Origin: Macrostomum lignano
Lineage: Eukaryota
Assembly (NCBI GenBank): GCA_002269645.1
Contig: NIVC01001771.1
Location: 175,473-239,472, forward strand
Direction: 5' to 3'
DNA length: 64,000 nucleotides
Below, piece by piece: positions 24,610 through 37,100 of this stretch. The translations under genes were made by a program, and so were the position numbers. Under the pieces are notes generated by a model, which did not search any database, was not told the origin of the DNA, and worked only from the letters and a program-made list of their open reading frames with translations. Position 1 is the first letter of the stretch; every line of letters begins with the position of its first letter.

Positions 24610-25850
24610 GATTTGACACCTTGGATTGTACAACCATTTGCCTACCAAGAGTTGCCTACCAAGATTTGCTTGCAGTGCAATTTGCCTACAAGTGAATTGC
24701 CTGCAAGCAAATTTCCCACTAAGTTTTTTTGCCACCAAAGTTTGCCTACAATGCTTTTTTCCTGCAGCACATCTAGCCACATGGCAGATTTTGTCTGCAT
24801 TGCCTTCTTAATGCTAAGTAAGTACTAATAAAGAGATTTACATGATCAAAATATTTTGATAGTAATTGCATATCAAATGCATATTTTTAGGGGGGGAGGC
24901 ACTGTAGATGGATTCTAGCTGCCAAATGTGCTGCAGGAAAACCTTGGTGGGCAATGTGTTTATAGGCAATTCACTTGCCAGCAAATTGCACTATAGGCAA
25001 ATCAGCGCATGACCAAGATGGCCATATACCAAGATGGCCACAGCTCTGAATGGCTGCTTGGATAGGAATAGGTCTATATATTTCCTCATTTCCTATTGGC
25101 TATGATTGGGGTGGGGTATGACCTAGCTTCAAGTCTCGGAGAAGACAGATTTTGTTAGCAAAATTAGATTAGTAAAACAAAAAAACACTTCCCTTTACAA
25201 TAGGTACTACTATCTACTATTTTTGTATCATGGATAATAGTTTCAAACCTATCTCAATATACTTAAACTGACATTGTTTGTATATATTAAAAGTTGGGTT
25301 AGGTTGGGTTAAGTTGGGTTAAAAGTAGAGGTTAAATTAAGGTATTAGTTATGATAGAAGTAAGCTTAAAAAATGGAATGCCCTTTTGTCTCTCATCTCT
25401 GCACTTTTGTCTCTTATCTTTTCTCTTTTCATCTCTGTGGCCTATGGCCATCTTGGTGTGTGGCCATCTTGGTCCCTATTGCAGCCAAGGTCTGAACCGC
25501 GCCGGACGCCCCCCTTTCCCGCGCCAGACATCTACCCGTACTGCGCCAGGGCCAGTCCCCAGGATCAGTGATTTGGTTCAATTAGTCAGTCAATGGCTCG
25601 CCGCGCGCTGCGCGCCGCCGCCACACACCACGCCACCGCGCGCCGCCGCCACGCGCCGCGCCGCCGCCGCGCGCCGCGCCGCCACCAGTCCAATCCGCGC
25701 CGGACGCCGTCCACGAAAATGGCCATTGGCTGCAATAGGGATCTTGGTCTTATACTAGCAAATCTCGGTGGCAACTCTTGGTGGGCAAATATCAATGGGC
25801 AAATCTCCTGCAGGCAAATCTTGGCAAGCAATTTGTCTGCCTGCATTTCT
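24610..25850. repeat. Nested inverted repeats built from TTGCCTACCAAG/GGCAAAT and CCAAGATGGCCA motifs, with a CGC-rich core
   Basis: 24660-24770 is inverted relative to 24920-25010 and to 25760-25840; 25011-25040 is inverted relative to 25445-25475. Confidence 0.55.
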
Positions 25851-26545
25851 TGTGCTAAATTAATGCTAAATAAATTATTAACTTTATAGGCCTACTTATC
25901 TATAATATTGTACCATTTTTGCAATTGTTTTAGTTCAGGGTCTTTTTTGCACTCTTGATAAGCCATGATTGATCTTTTGATACACAAGGATTTAAAATAA
26001 ATAAGTTTTGTGACTTTTATTTATTAACTAAATAAGCCCATTTGAACAACTAAGTCCAACTTTCAAAAGTAGGGTATTATTCTACTAATAAGGAAAGAGA
26101 TTTATCAAATAGAATCTAAAAACTATTGGAATACTAAACTATTGGAATCTAAAAAACTCATTGGAGTACCTACTTATCATATCATAGTCATACAACACAG
26201 ACCTATCTAGGCCCTAGCCAGTGTAGTGCTAATCTAATTCATTCTAAAAATGAGGTTTAAACTTTTAAAGTTTGAAAATTGTCAAAAACACTAAAAACAC
26301 TTATACATGCTATAATCTAGAACTACTTGCTTACAAGCATATCGCCTAAAAAGACTTGTATTGTCTAGATTATTGTTGGGGTTGGCAGGTTGGGCTATAT
26401 AAAAGATGCAATATTTGAATTTGAACTAGAAATGTAACTTGGCTAAAAACCTAAAATATCAATAGGGAGCTATAAACTAAAAAAGCATAAATCCATTTTT
26501 TTAAAATAGGCCTACAACATAGGAAAAAGGTCTATGCTTTTTTTT

Positions 26546-26900
26546 AGTAGTAGTAGTAGTAATTTGGCTCAGGCAAGAAGCCTGTTTGGCCAGTATATGT
26601 CAGTGTATTTAATATTAATATTATTTCGATAGAATGGGATCTGTGCGGCGAGTTTTACAATAATATAGTATTTGAAAGCATATTAAAGTATGCTAATTTA
26701 ATATGCTGCTGCCATCATTAAAGGTGCTCAACTCATTTATCCCGATTGACATTCATTCAATTGAGGTGGGGGTGGAGAAAGTTTCTCTTGGAATAGGTTG
26801 GTTTTGAAAATTTGCTGACACCAGTCAGATTCTAGTAGTAGTAGTAGTAAGTTGGCTCAGGCAAGAAGCCTGTTTGGCCAATATATTTCTGTGTATTTAA
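26546..26900 (-). repeat. Two direct copies of a 65-bp segment ending in a (CTA)n tail on the minus strand (possible retroposon 3' ends)
   Basis: TAGTAGTAGTAGTAA.TTGGCTCAGGCAAGAAGCCTGTTTGGCCA at about 26546 and about 26834. Confidence 0.55.
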
Positions 26901-29269
26901 GATTACTTCAGGAATAGGAGACAATATTTTAGCACTTATTTAATTACGATATTAGTTATACGAGTTTTGCAATATGGTATTTGAAAGAACGCGGATATGT
27001 TATTAACGAAACTTGGACGACTAACGAAGCGAAAGAAAAAGCAAGGAGTTAAAAAAGTATTGCGTGAAATTTATGTATGTAGTTGGCGGTATTGCACAAA
27101 ACAGCTTAGTCCTTACGTTATAAAAGTAAATTTATATAGATATTAATTAGATGACAACAAAATTGTATAAAATATAAAATTTGAAAGAGCGCATAGGGTT
27201 TTTTTGCGGTTTTTACGGATGGACTAAAAACAGGTACCGTATGGCTTTGATGCAAACAACGGTTCATCCAAAATGCAATAGATTGTATGCATTAATCTGT
27301 CAATGAAAAATATCGAGTATAAGGATTGCTCATATTATTTGGCGATTATTGTATACATGTAAATATTCTGTTTGAAGGCCTTAAAAACCATCTAACGACT
27401 TATGGTCATTTAATAGAAATTTTTTCTATAGAAATAGAAACTTCTCTGCAGAAATGCGCCAAGGAACCGTCAAGGACGTGAATCGTGATGGTGGGAATAA
27501 GAATACGCGGACTCAGTACTTTACTGCTATACATGTATATAAAACATGCTGAATATTTCAGGTAAATAAATTTAACTGTACATGACATCGTAAATTTTAG
27601 CACCTCCGGAGAGCTCTTTTCTGAGTATTTTTTCAATTGTGGATTGAGGTGGGGCGGTTTTCACGTTTGAATTGCCGCCGGCGTTAAGTTCGCACGAATA
27701 AAGCCGGAAATCGCGCAGACAAATCACAACGAATTTCTTTCCCTTGTTTTACTCCGACAGCCGGGTTCTCAAGTCCGGATGTATATAACTTCGGCCGATC
27801 GGTTTTTACCGACGTAAAACCGACGTTAAAATGTACATAGAGGGAGTGGGGTGGCTGCACACTGATGACAAGTAGAATGGGGTGGCTGACAGGGAAATCC
27901 CCAAGGCCACCACAAGGTGCCTACCAATAAAAAGCAAGGCAAACTAAGCAAATGGCGTGGTTCTGCATTGATGACTCACTCGACACTCCTTACCTCTGTC
28001 TCTGTGCGCAACTACGTGTATATACTGTTTGCATTTAAAAACATTGCCGAAGGAAACTTTTGCCGACGGTAACTTTTCCCATTCAAAATACATTGCCGAC
28101 GTAAAATTTTGCCGACGCTAACTTTTTCTATAAATTATATATTCTAATACATTGCTGACGTAAACTTACGCCGACGCTAACTTTTCCCATTCAAAATACA
28201 TTGCTGACGTAAACTTATGCCGACGCTAACTTTTCCTCTTTAAATACATTGCCGATGGAAGGGATAGCGACGTTCGCCATCCGACGTTTGCCAGCCAACG
28301 TTTGCCAGCCGACGTTTGCCAGCCGGACATTTGCATGCGGCAATGGGTTGAAGAAGTATGCCCTCTCTAGGTTTACATGTACTTGCATTTGAAAACTGCG
28401 GACATAGCACCATCTAATGCCACATCGCTCCTTTCCAGCTACTGCTACTAAATACAGGTCACTAACAAACTACTGCACACTATAAAACCCTCTTCGTCTT
28501 CTTTTAGTAACAGGTACCGAAGCAACCGATGTAACCAAGACTGTCTAAACTACATCAGCAGCACCAAAGCGTGGCAGTGAAAGCGTGGCACAAGCGTGGC
28601 AGTCAGTCAGTGAAAAATTTGGTACTGAAATATTCGCAGTTTATAGCGGTTTGACAAAAACCGTTTTTAGTCCAACTTTTTGACGGTAGGTAGGTATGCG
28701 ATAGATTTCAGAAAAAATGGCTCAACCGATTTTCTTCAAACTTGCACCATTCGATCAGAAATTTTCCTGGGACGGTACATGCATCTTGGCTAAGAAATTG
28801 CTCAATGTTAAAGGGATTAAATATTCGAAAAACATGCTTTTTTGCAAAGGTCAAGCAGCTCTTTCGACCTGAAATGCATTGTAAGAATGCTAGAGAAAAA
28901 ACTGACTGACTGAATTCCAATTGTGATAAAGATTATATCACAACCAGTTGAAAACAGTGCCGAACAAATGCACACAAAACTTGATTTAAATTGCGTAACA
29001 ATATTGCTAACTTAAATTGACACTGATACTGGCTGACTGAGAAATTGATTATGTCATAACTTTTTACTCTAACCGATTTGCTATAAGAATTTAATTATAA
29101 GGGCCACAATTCATGTACTCCAATTGACAAGAGATAGCATAGATGCGAACAGACTAACAGAACAGACTGCTAATGCAGCGACCTGGGTTCGAATCTTAGT
29201 AGTGCAAAAAGATTTTTTATTCAAAAACCTTAAAAACACAAAATGCTAAACACAAAAAAGCACAATGTC

Positions 29270-31030
29270 AAACATTAAAGAGCCACCATGTCGACCATTA
29301 AAGAGCCACCATGTCGAACATTAAAGAGCCACCATGTCCAACATATATGATATATGTGACTTCATGTCAAACATTAAAGAGCCACCATATCTAACATTAA
29401 AGAGCCACCATGTCTAACATTAAAGAGCCATCATGTCGAACATTAAAGAGCCACCATTTCTAACATTAAAGAGCCACCATGTCTAACATTTAAGAGCCAC
29501 CATGTCTAACATTAAAGATCCACATTTCAAACATTAAAGAGCCATCATGTCGAACATTAAAGAGCCACCATGTCTAACATTAAAGAGCCACCATGTCGAA
29601 CATTAAAGAGCCACCATGTCTAACATTAAAGAGCCACCATGTCGAACATTAAAGAGCCACCATGTCCAACATATATGTGACTTCATGTCAAACATTAAAG
29701 AGCCACAATGTCTAACATTAAAGAGCCACCATGTCTAACATTAAAGAGCCACCATGTCGAACATTAAAGAGCCACCATGTCGAAGATTAAAGAGCCACCA
29801 TGTCTAACATTAAAGAGCCACCATGTCGAAGATTAAAGAGCCACCATGTCTAACATTAAAGAGCCACCATGTCGAAGATTAAAGAGCCACCATGTCTAAC
29901 ATTAAAGAGCCACCATGTCGAACATTAAAGAGCCACCATGTCCAACATATATGTGACTTCATGTCAAACATTAAAGAGCCATCATGTCGAACATAAAAGA
30001 GCCACCATGTCAAACATAAAAGGACCACCATGTCAAACATTAAAGAGGCACCATGTCAAAAATTAACAGCCACCATGTCTAACATTAAAGAGCCACCATG
30101 TCGAACATAAAAGAACCACCATGTCGAACATTATAGAGCCACCATGTCGAACATCAAAGAGCCACCATCTCAAACGTTAAAGAGCCACCATGTCGAATAT
30201 TAAAGAGCCATTATGTCGAACATTAATGAGCCACCATGTCCAACATATATGTGACTCCATGTCAAACATTAAAGAGCCATCATGTCAAACATAAAAGAGC
30301 CAGCATGTCAAACATAAAAGGACCACCATGTCAAACAATAAAGAGGCACCATGTCGAACATTAAAAAGACACCATGTCGAACATTAAAGAGCCACCATGT
30401 CTAACATTAGACAGCCACCATGTCTAACATTAAACAGCCACCATGTCTAACATTAAAGAGCCACCATGTCGAACATTAAAGAGCCACTATGTCTAAAATT
30501 ATAGAGCCACCATGTCGAACATCAAAGAGCCACCATCTCAAACATTAAAGAGCCACCATGTCGAATATTAAAGAGCCACCATTTCAAACATTAAAAAGCC
30601 ATCATTACAGAAATTAAGGTGCCACCAGGTCAAACATAAAAGAGCCACCATGTCAAACATAAAAGAGCAACCATGTCAAACATATATGTGACTCCATGTC
30701 AAGCAGTAAAGAGCCACCATGTCAAGCATAAAAAGCCACCATGTCGAACATAAAAGAACCACCATGTCGAACATAAAAGAGCCCTATGTCAAACATTAAA
30801 GAGCCACAATGTCAAACATTAAAGAGCCACCATGTCGAACACCATGTCAAACACTAAACAGCCACCATGTCAAACATTAAAGAGCCACCATGTCGAACAC
30901 CATGTCAAACACTAAACAGCCACCATGTCAAACATAAAAGAGCCACTATGTCAAACATTAAATAGACACCATGTCAGACATTAAAAAAACCCCGAATCAA
31001 ACATAAAAGAGCCACCATGTAGAACATAAA
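29270..31030. repeat. 23-bp minisatellite (AACATTAAAGAGCCACCATGTCN)n
   Basis: About 70 progressively degenerate copies. Confidence 0.95.
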
Positions 31031-31137
31031 AGAGCCACCATAAAAGATACACAATTTCAAACGTAAAAGTAAGCGTCATGCCAATTTTAAAGGAACCACT
31101 GTAGAGCTAAGGAAATTGTTGCACTAGCTACTTATTG

Positions 31138-31230
31138 TCTGGGGGATGCTTGCTATTTGGGGGATGCTTGCTATCTGGGGGATGCTTGCTATCTGGGGGA
31201 TGCTTGCTATCTGGGGGATGCTTGTTGTCT
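31138..31230. repeat. 18-bp tandem repeat (TGGGGGATGCTTGCTATC)x5
   Basis: Direct observation. Confidence 0.85.
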
Positions 31231-31899
31231 TGGGATAATTTCTTTTTGCATTACACTTTATTTGAGCAGTTTGTCTGTTGTCTTTGTGAAGGCTTTATTT
31301 GGCTGTCTTTTTGTTACTTGTAGAGAACAGAGATTCTATCCAGATTTCCCCCAACGGGGGGCGAAGATTGCTAATAAATTTCTAAAACAGAATTTGTATA
31401 AATTAATGTCTTTCCTCCTAGATGGATTCGAAGCGGCATGGGGATGGGGAAGTGAAGGTCCGATTAGAGCTCTCCCGTGGTGTACATGTGCATCTTAGAG
31501 GGAATTTTTTACTTAGACTTAGCTGCAGGGGGCTCCGTGCATCTGGGGGAGGGGGCCACGGGCAAGGGGACCAGTAAAAGAACCGGTCGAGCCAGACTTG
31601 ATCAGGCGATCGGCCAGCTCGTTGCCAGGGTGGCCCGAGTGCCCGGGGATCCACCTTATAGGGACACCTTGTTAGATGCGACTAAGCGGTTGAGCTGCCT
31701 GATTCAGTCGAGGACTGTACGATAGCAGGTGATGGTGTGCGCTCAAGGGCGTGGATCGCCGCTTGACCGAGTGGAGGATCATCTCCTTCCCCCAGACGCG
31801 CTGATGGCGCAGGAGCTGATGCGAGAACTTCGTTCTGGAAATCGGTGGAGCAGGTGCCGGTGTGCTGGAAAGAAGGCCACCACAGTTCTCCCTCCATAC

Positions 31900-32175
31900 A
31901 CGATGCAGTAGCCGTGCTCATGATAGCTCGACAAGCGCGGCCTTGCACCCTGTTTAAAAGCATCGAGAACCCCTTTCACCTCTAGGGAACTGTTCCAAAT
32001 GAAGCCGGCGAAGGAGATGGCCGGTCTCACGATGGCAGAGTAAATCCACCAGAGGCGACGGAGTCCGAGGCCCCAGGTAGCGCCAAAAGCTTTGCAGATC
32101 TGCGCGAGAATCGCGAGAGCTTTGCGGGCTTTGGTTTGGACGTGTGGAGTCCAGTTCAACCTGTGGTTGAGTGGG
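31900..32175 (-). pseudogene. Non-LTR retrotransposon ORF2 fragment (post-RT/thumb region)
   Basis: NWTPHVQTKARKA...GATWGLGLRRLWWIYSAIVRPAISFAGFIW...RVQGRACRAIMS is typical of RNase-H-bearing LINEs; frameshifted. Confidence 0.8.
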
Positions 32176-32819
32176 TGATGCCCAGACATCTGGTTTGTTT
32201 CTCCATGGCAACGGGTTTGCCATAGAGGGAGAGCGGTTCGATCCTCCAGTTTCGGCGGCTGGTGAACATAATAGCCACGGTTTTAGACTCAGAGAACCTG
32301 AGACCGCAGCTCCAGGTCCAGCTACAGCGGCTATGCCACGCTTTGATGCTGATAGATGTACATGTAGTTCGGAAACTTTTGGTTACACCCGTTGCTTTGA
32401 TACCTTTTACTGTTGCTAAATGCCTGCGGAGCCAAAAATATCGATTCTGAAAAAATGTACATCTACAAATTCAGTCATGTACATGTACATGTAGAATTCC
32501 CGGATTTTGTCCCCCCACCATAAAATCCATGGCGACGCGGCGCTGGCCAATTCACCAGCCCTGGCACCCTCCAACTTTATAATTACATGTAAGCTGCTCT
32601 GTCAACTTTTGCATGTAAATAAGCGGCCGTTCCGCGGGCCCCATTTCGAGTCTAACGAAGAGCTATAAGTCTCTAGGAACCTAACCCCTTGCCAACCAGT
32701 GGCTGGAGAATCAATCGGCAGAGTTCTACACGTACACATGTACACTAGCGACATCCGGGCGCTGCGCGACCGATTTCAAGAAGTGAATTGATCGCCAGGG
32801 AGGTTGACTTAACTTGATT

Positions 32820-34120
32820 TAGCTGCAGGGGGCGTCCGGCGGATGCAGCGAGGAGGCGGAGGAGACCGCCCATTCCGCTAGCCCCTGGAGACCATCGAAG
32901 TGATGTCGCTCAGGGGGACCCGTCGGTCTCGCCTGCAGCGCGGTCCTGATCCTCACCGACGGTGGGGAAGAAATCAGCTCGTCCCGTGTCCCTGAGGTAC
33001 CGGACGAGCAGCGGGATGCTCTCGGGCCTGCAAACGTCTGAGGGAACCGGGTTTGGCCCGAGGTGAGTGAGCCTGGCCCTGGTGAAAACCGGGCAGTGGC
33101 AAATAAAATGCTCGGCGTTTTCACTGCCTGAGCGGGGAAGGGGCACCGCTCCTCGGGTACTTGGTCCTGAAGGAAGCGGTGGCGAGAGAAGCAGCCATGC
33201 CCGGAGAGGGCCATGCTGACTGCTCTGAGGTCTCTGCGGTTGAGGGCTCTACGCAGGAGAGGAGAGGGGTAGGGGACGGCAGCACGGTCTTGCCACCTGC
33301 GGAGATGCTGGAATCAGTCCAGCGCTTAACGCGGGAGTTGCTCACTGAGGCGGGGATGGGGCCCCCGGCCCAGCCCCAGCAGCGCGCCGGCGGAGCCAGC
33401 CTTAGCCAGCAGGTCAGCGCGCTCGTTACCGAGAAAACCAGCGTGGCCCGGGATCCATCTGAGCTCCACCCGGTTGCCTAGCGCAAGCCCGTTGAGCTGG
33501 GTGTTGCAGTCCAAGACAGATTTGGAGCTGGTGGTGCTGCGGCAGAGGGCCCGAAGGGCTGCTTGGCTGTCAGAGTGAAAAATAGATTCTGACAGTGCTG
33601 CCTTTGGCGCAGCTCTGCCGCGCAGCAGCTGATGGCAAGCACCTCGCTCTAAAAAACACTGGAGTTGAGCCCAGTGTGCTGGGAGTAGCTCCACACCACT
33701 TCTCCCTTGAAGAAGACGCAAGCTCCGAAGCTGAAAGACCATGCCTCATTGAGCCGTCAGTGTAACAGTGGACTTCAGAATCGCTCCAGCTGTCACTCGC
33801 CTCGTGTCGAGGCTGAATAGTGCTGTGACCTTATACCTTTGGCTCAGGATAAGGGTGGCTGGGATCGAGTCCGTGAGTATGTTAAGCCCGTCACACTCCT
33901 CGAGAGTCTTGAGGCAGAGGTCAGAGTGCGGGATAAGCGACCGCTTCTTAAAGGCCCGCACTTTCTTGAAGGCCACCCCAGCATCCAGAAGACGCCAAGT
34001 GCTCTTCGCCGCCTCTCCTTTGATATAAATATCCAGAGGAGGGGCGCAGAGGAATTAGGCATTCATGCCTTCAAAAGGACTGGAGGGTGGAGGGTGGTCG
34101 CGTACAGTCTGGCCGCCACA
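32820..34120 (-). mobile_element. 5'-truncated LINE: linker, RNase H and C-terminal Cys-His region
   Basis: PPLDIYIKGEAAK; HCYTDGS; IFHSDSQAALRAL; VELRWIPGHAGFLGNERADLLAKAG; ENAEHFICHCP; several frameshifts. Confidence 0.88.
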
Positions 34121-37100
34121 CAGCTCCCCCCAGCACAGAGCTAGGCCCGAACGTCGGGCGGTAGCCGAAGCAGCGAGAGTGCCGAGGAGCGGACGCCGAA
34201 AACCGGGCGCCGAAGACCGCGGAGTTGCAGAGGAGCGGGCGCCGAAGGCAGCAGGGCGCGAGGCGGGCGCCGAAGGCGGCAGGGCGCCGGGCGGGCGCCG
34301 AAGGCAGCAGGGCGCCGGGCGGGCGCCGATGGCAGCAGGGGCGCGAGGCGAATCACACCCGAGGCAATCGACAGTCAGTTGCCGCCGTGAGATGGGTCGA
34401 TGCTCCTGCACAGAGGCTGGGGACGTTAGGCTAGCAGCAGCGGTGCTAACCTAGAATGAGCTGCAGCGTGTGGCTCTGGCTGGTCCAACGCGGGGGCGGA
34501 AAGGCGAGACCCCAGGAGCTACCGGGGGGCGGGCTGACTGGGCCGATTCGTGCTGCGGGGTACTGCCATGGTTGCTGTGCTGCCGTGCTGCTGGGCTGCT
34601 GTGCTGCTGGGCTGCGATGCTGCGGGGCTGCTGTGCTGCCGTTGCAGTCGGCCAAGGCGGTTGGCTGCCAGGACCGCACAGGGCTGACCAGGTTGGCCCA
34701 GCGTTCCGCGCCGGGAGTCGGGCTCACCAATGAGGCGGAAGGCCTTTTTTTCAATAGATGGAATGGCAGCGAAGAGTTTTGTGCTGCTTTGCGCATATGT
34801 TTATGTTTCAATATTTACAGCAGCATATTTACACAAACTGCGCGAGATTCATCAGGGGCCTAGGGAGGTGCGAACAGGGGGCGTGGCGTGATAGGCTACG
34901 CCAACCCCCCTGGCTTAGCGAGCCGGCTAGCCTGATGCGCAACCACCCCACCTCAGCTAGACAGAGGTTGGAGGGTTTCCAGTGCGGCTGCACTGGTGCT
35001 GCCGGTCGCGTACAGTCTGGCCGCCACAGCAATGTATTTTTAACGGGAAAAGTTTGCGTCGGCAAAAGTTTACCAAGGACCACTGTACACACACTGTACA
35101 CTGTACACACTGTACTACAGTGGTCCTTGAAGTTTACGTCGTCAATGTATTTTGAATGGGAAAAGTTAGCGTCGGCAAAAGTTTACGTCGGCAATGTATT
35201 TTGAATGGGAAAAGTTAGCGTCGGTAAAAGTTTACGTCGGCAATGTATTTTGAATGGGAAAAGTTACCGTCGGCAAAAGTTTCCTTCGGCAATGTATTTA
35301 AATGCAAACAGTATATACATGTAGTTGCGCACAGAGACAGAGGTAAGGAGTGTCGAGTGAGTCATCAATGCAGAATCACGCCATTTGCTTTGTTTGCCTT
35401 GCTTTTTATTGGTAGGCGCCTGTGGTGGCCTTGTGGATTTTCCTGTCAGCCACCCCATTCTACTTGTCATCAGTGTGCAGCCACCCCACTCCCTCTATGT
35501 ACATTTTAACGTCGGTTTAACGTCGGTAAAAACCGATCGGCCAAAGTTATATACATAAGTCAGGGGGAGGGTAGTCGTAATCGTAGCGGAGAGGTCGTTA
35601 GCGGCGCGGTCGTTCAAAGCGATGAAACACCGGAGATTCTGACTCCGTAAAATAGTGTGTCGATTGGCTGAGCTTGTTACTTTCAGTAGGGTAGTTGCTG
35701 CCAACACCGTAATTTACGTATTACGGAACGAATAAGTCTCTGAACTTTCTTTGAGCTGGGAGAACTTAGGTTATTTTACGCCCCATGGGCAAAAGACTCA
35801 AGATAGGCTATGGCTTAATGTTAACGTATAAATTTGGTTAGTAATGTAATTAGATATTATCGTTCTTTATTAATTCAATGTTGAGCAGGATAAGCGTTAT
35901 TACTAAATTATTAATAATACGGCGAGAATGTTCGGCGGGCCGCGGTGCTACGGCTAGTTAATAAAGGAAGTTAGGCAAACGCAACCAAAGTAGAGAGAGC
36001 AAAAATGGGAGCAAAAAACAAGAGCCAGAGGGGAAAGGGAAAAAATAAGCATTTTACACATAATGAGCATTGATTTTTTTATAAGCAATATTACACAGCG
36101 ACTTCGGCTGGACCAAAAGAAGAAAAGTTAAAATACGCGCCGGGTCCAGCAGCTGTAGAGAAGGAAAAAATATAGAATTAAGGGGGAACACGCAGTTGAG
36201 CCAACAACGGGATAACATTTCGTACGAAAGTGAGATTAATAATCCCATAACGGGATGGGGTGCGTGATGAAAATGTCCCGACGCGGGAGAAAAAAATTCC
36301 CCTACGTGTAGTTGAAGTTGCTGCATGATGACATAGACACACTGATCGGAGATAACGGCGAAAGGGCTCAGGACTGGCGGCATAGCGACATGCAAGCGCG
36401 GCAGCAGGACGAGCAAGGAGATTGAAGCGAGACAGCATTCTGCTAAGCTGGACAAGTGTTTCTGCAGGCGCGATTGTAACTCCATGATTTATTAAAATGT
36501 CCGGATGATGTTAGAATGGGGACCCCTGCAAGCCGTTCTTTCCTTTTCTAAGCATATAATCCCTCACAGTGCTTTTAGTCTGTTTCCTGTTAACGCGGTA
36601 CATTCTTCTGCTCATCTCCGGGGGGCCTAAATGTTGTCAGGAGGGGACTGTTTAAATGCTGTGGTTTATGAGGAGGGGGGTTGTTGAGATTCCGAGGCTC
36701 GATTAGGAGTTGTTAGTAGGCCAAACATCAAAAGGAGAGTTAAGGTCAAACCATGGCTTAAACAGAGGCTTTGATGCCAAACCTCACAGCGGGTGCTGAC
36801 ATCTTAGGCCAGATTGCTGGCTAAACATCTTAGGATACTAACAATGGCTCAAGGTCAAGGTCACACAACCTATATTGAGTAGTTCATTCAATTTTTTATT
36901 TCTTTATTGCCTCCCCAATGGGGGCCGCAGAATGCAAGTTTTTTTGTTCTAAATCCGCTTCGTCCACTTCATAGAATTGTGAAGTTTGGAAGCGTATATA
37001 TATGAAGTAGTGTAACTGTGCCTGCATCTCCTTATGCACAAGCTGTCAGGAGTTATGGTTGTGACCACGTATGCGACTTTGGTTCCGTGACCTGTGTTTT

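Larger units (their letters stand above)
27779..35556. mobile_element. 7.8-kb composite non-autonomous DNA element with TIRs over 400 bp and a near-perfect 8-bp TSD
   Basis: 27779 to about 28255 is the reverse complement of about 35130-35556 (terminus ATGTATATAACTT.GGCCGATCGG). Flanks AAGTCCGG (27771-27778) and AAGTCAGG (35557-35564). No transposase inside. Confidence 0.8.

Noticed and set aside
25351-25889. Arg/Ala-rich ORFs
   Set aside because: They arise from a CGC-rich low-complexity core inside inverted repeats.
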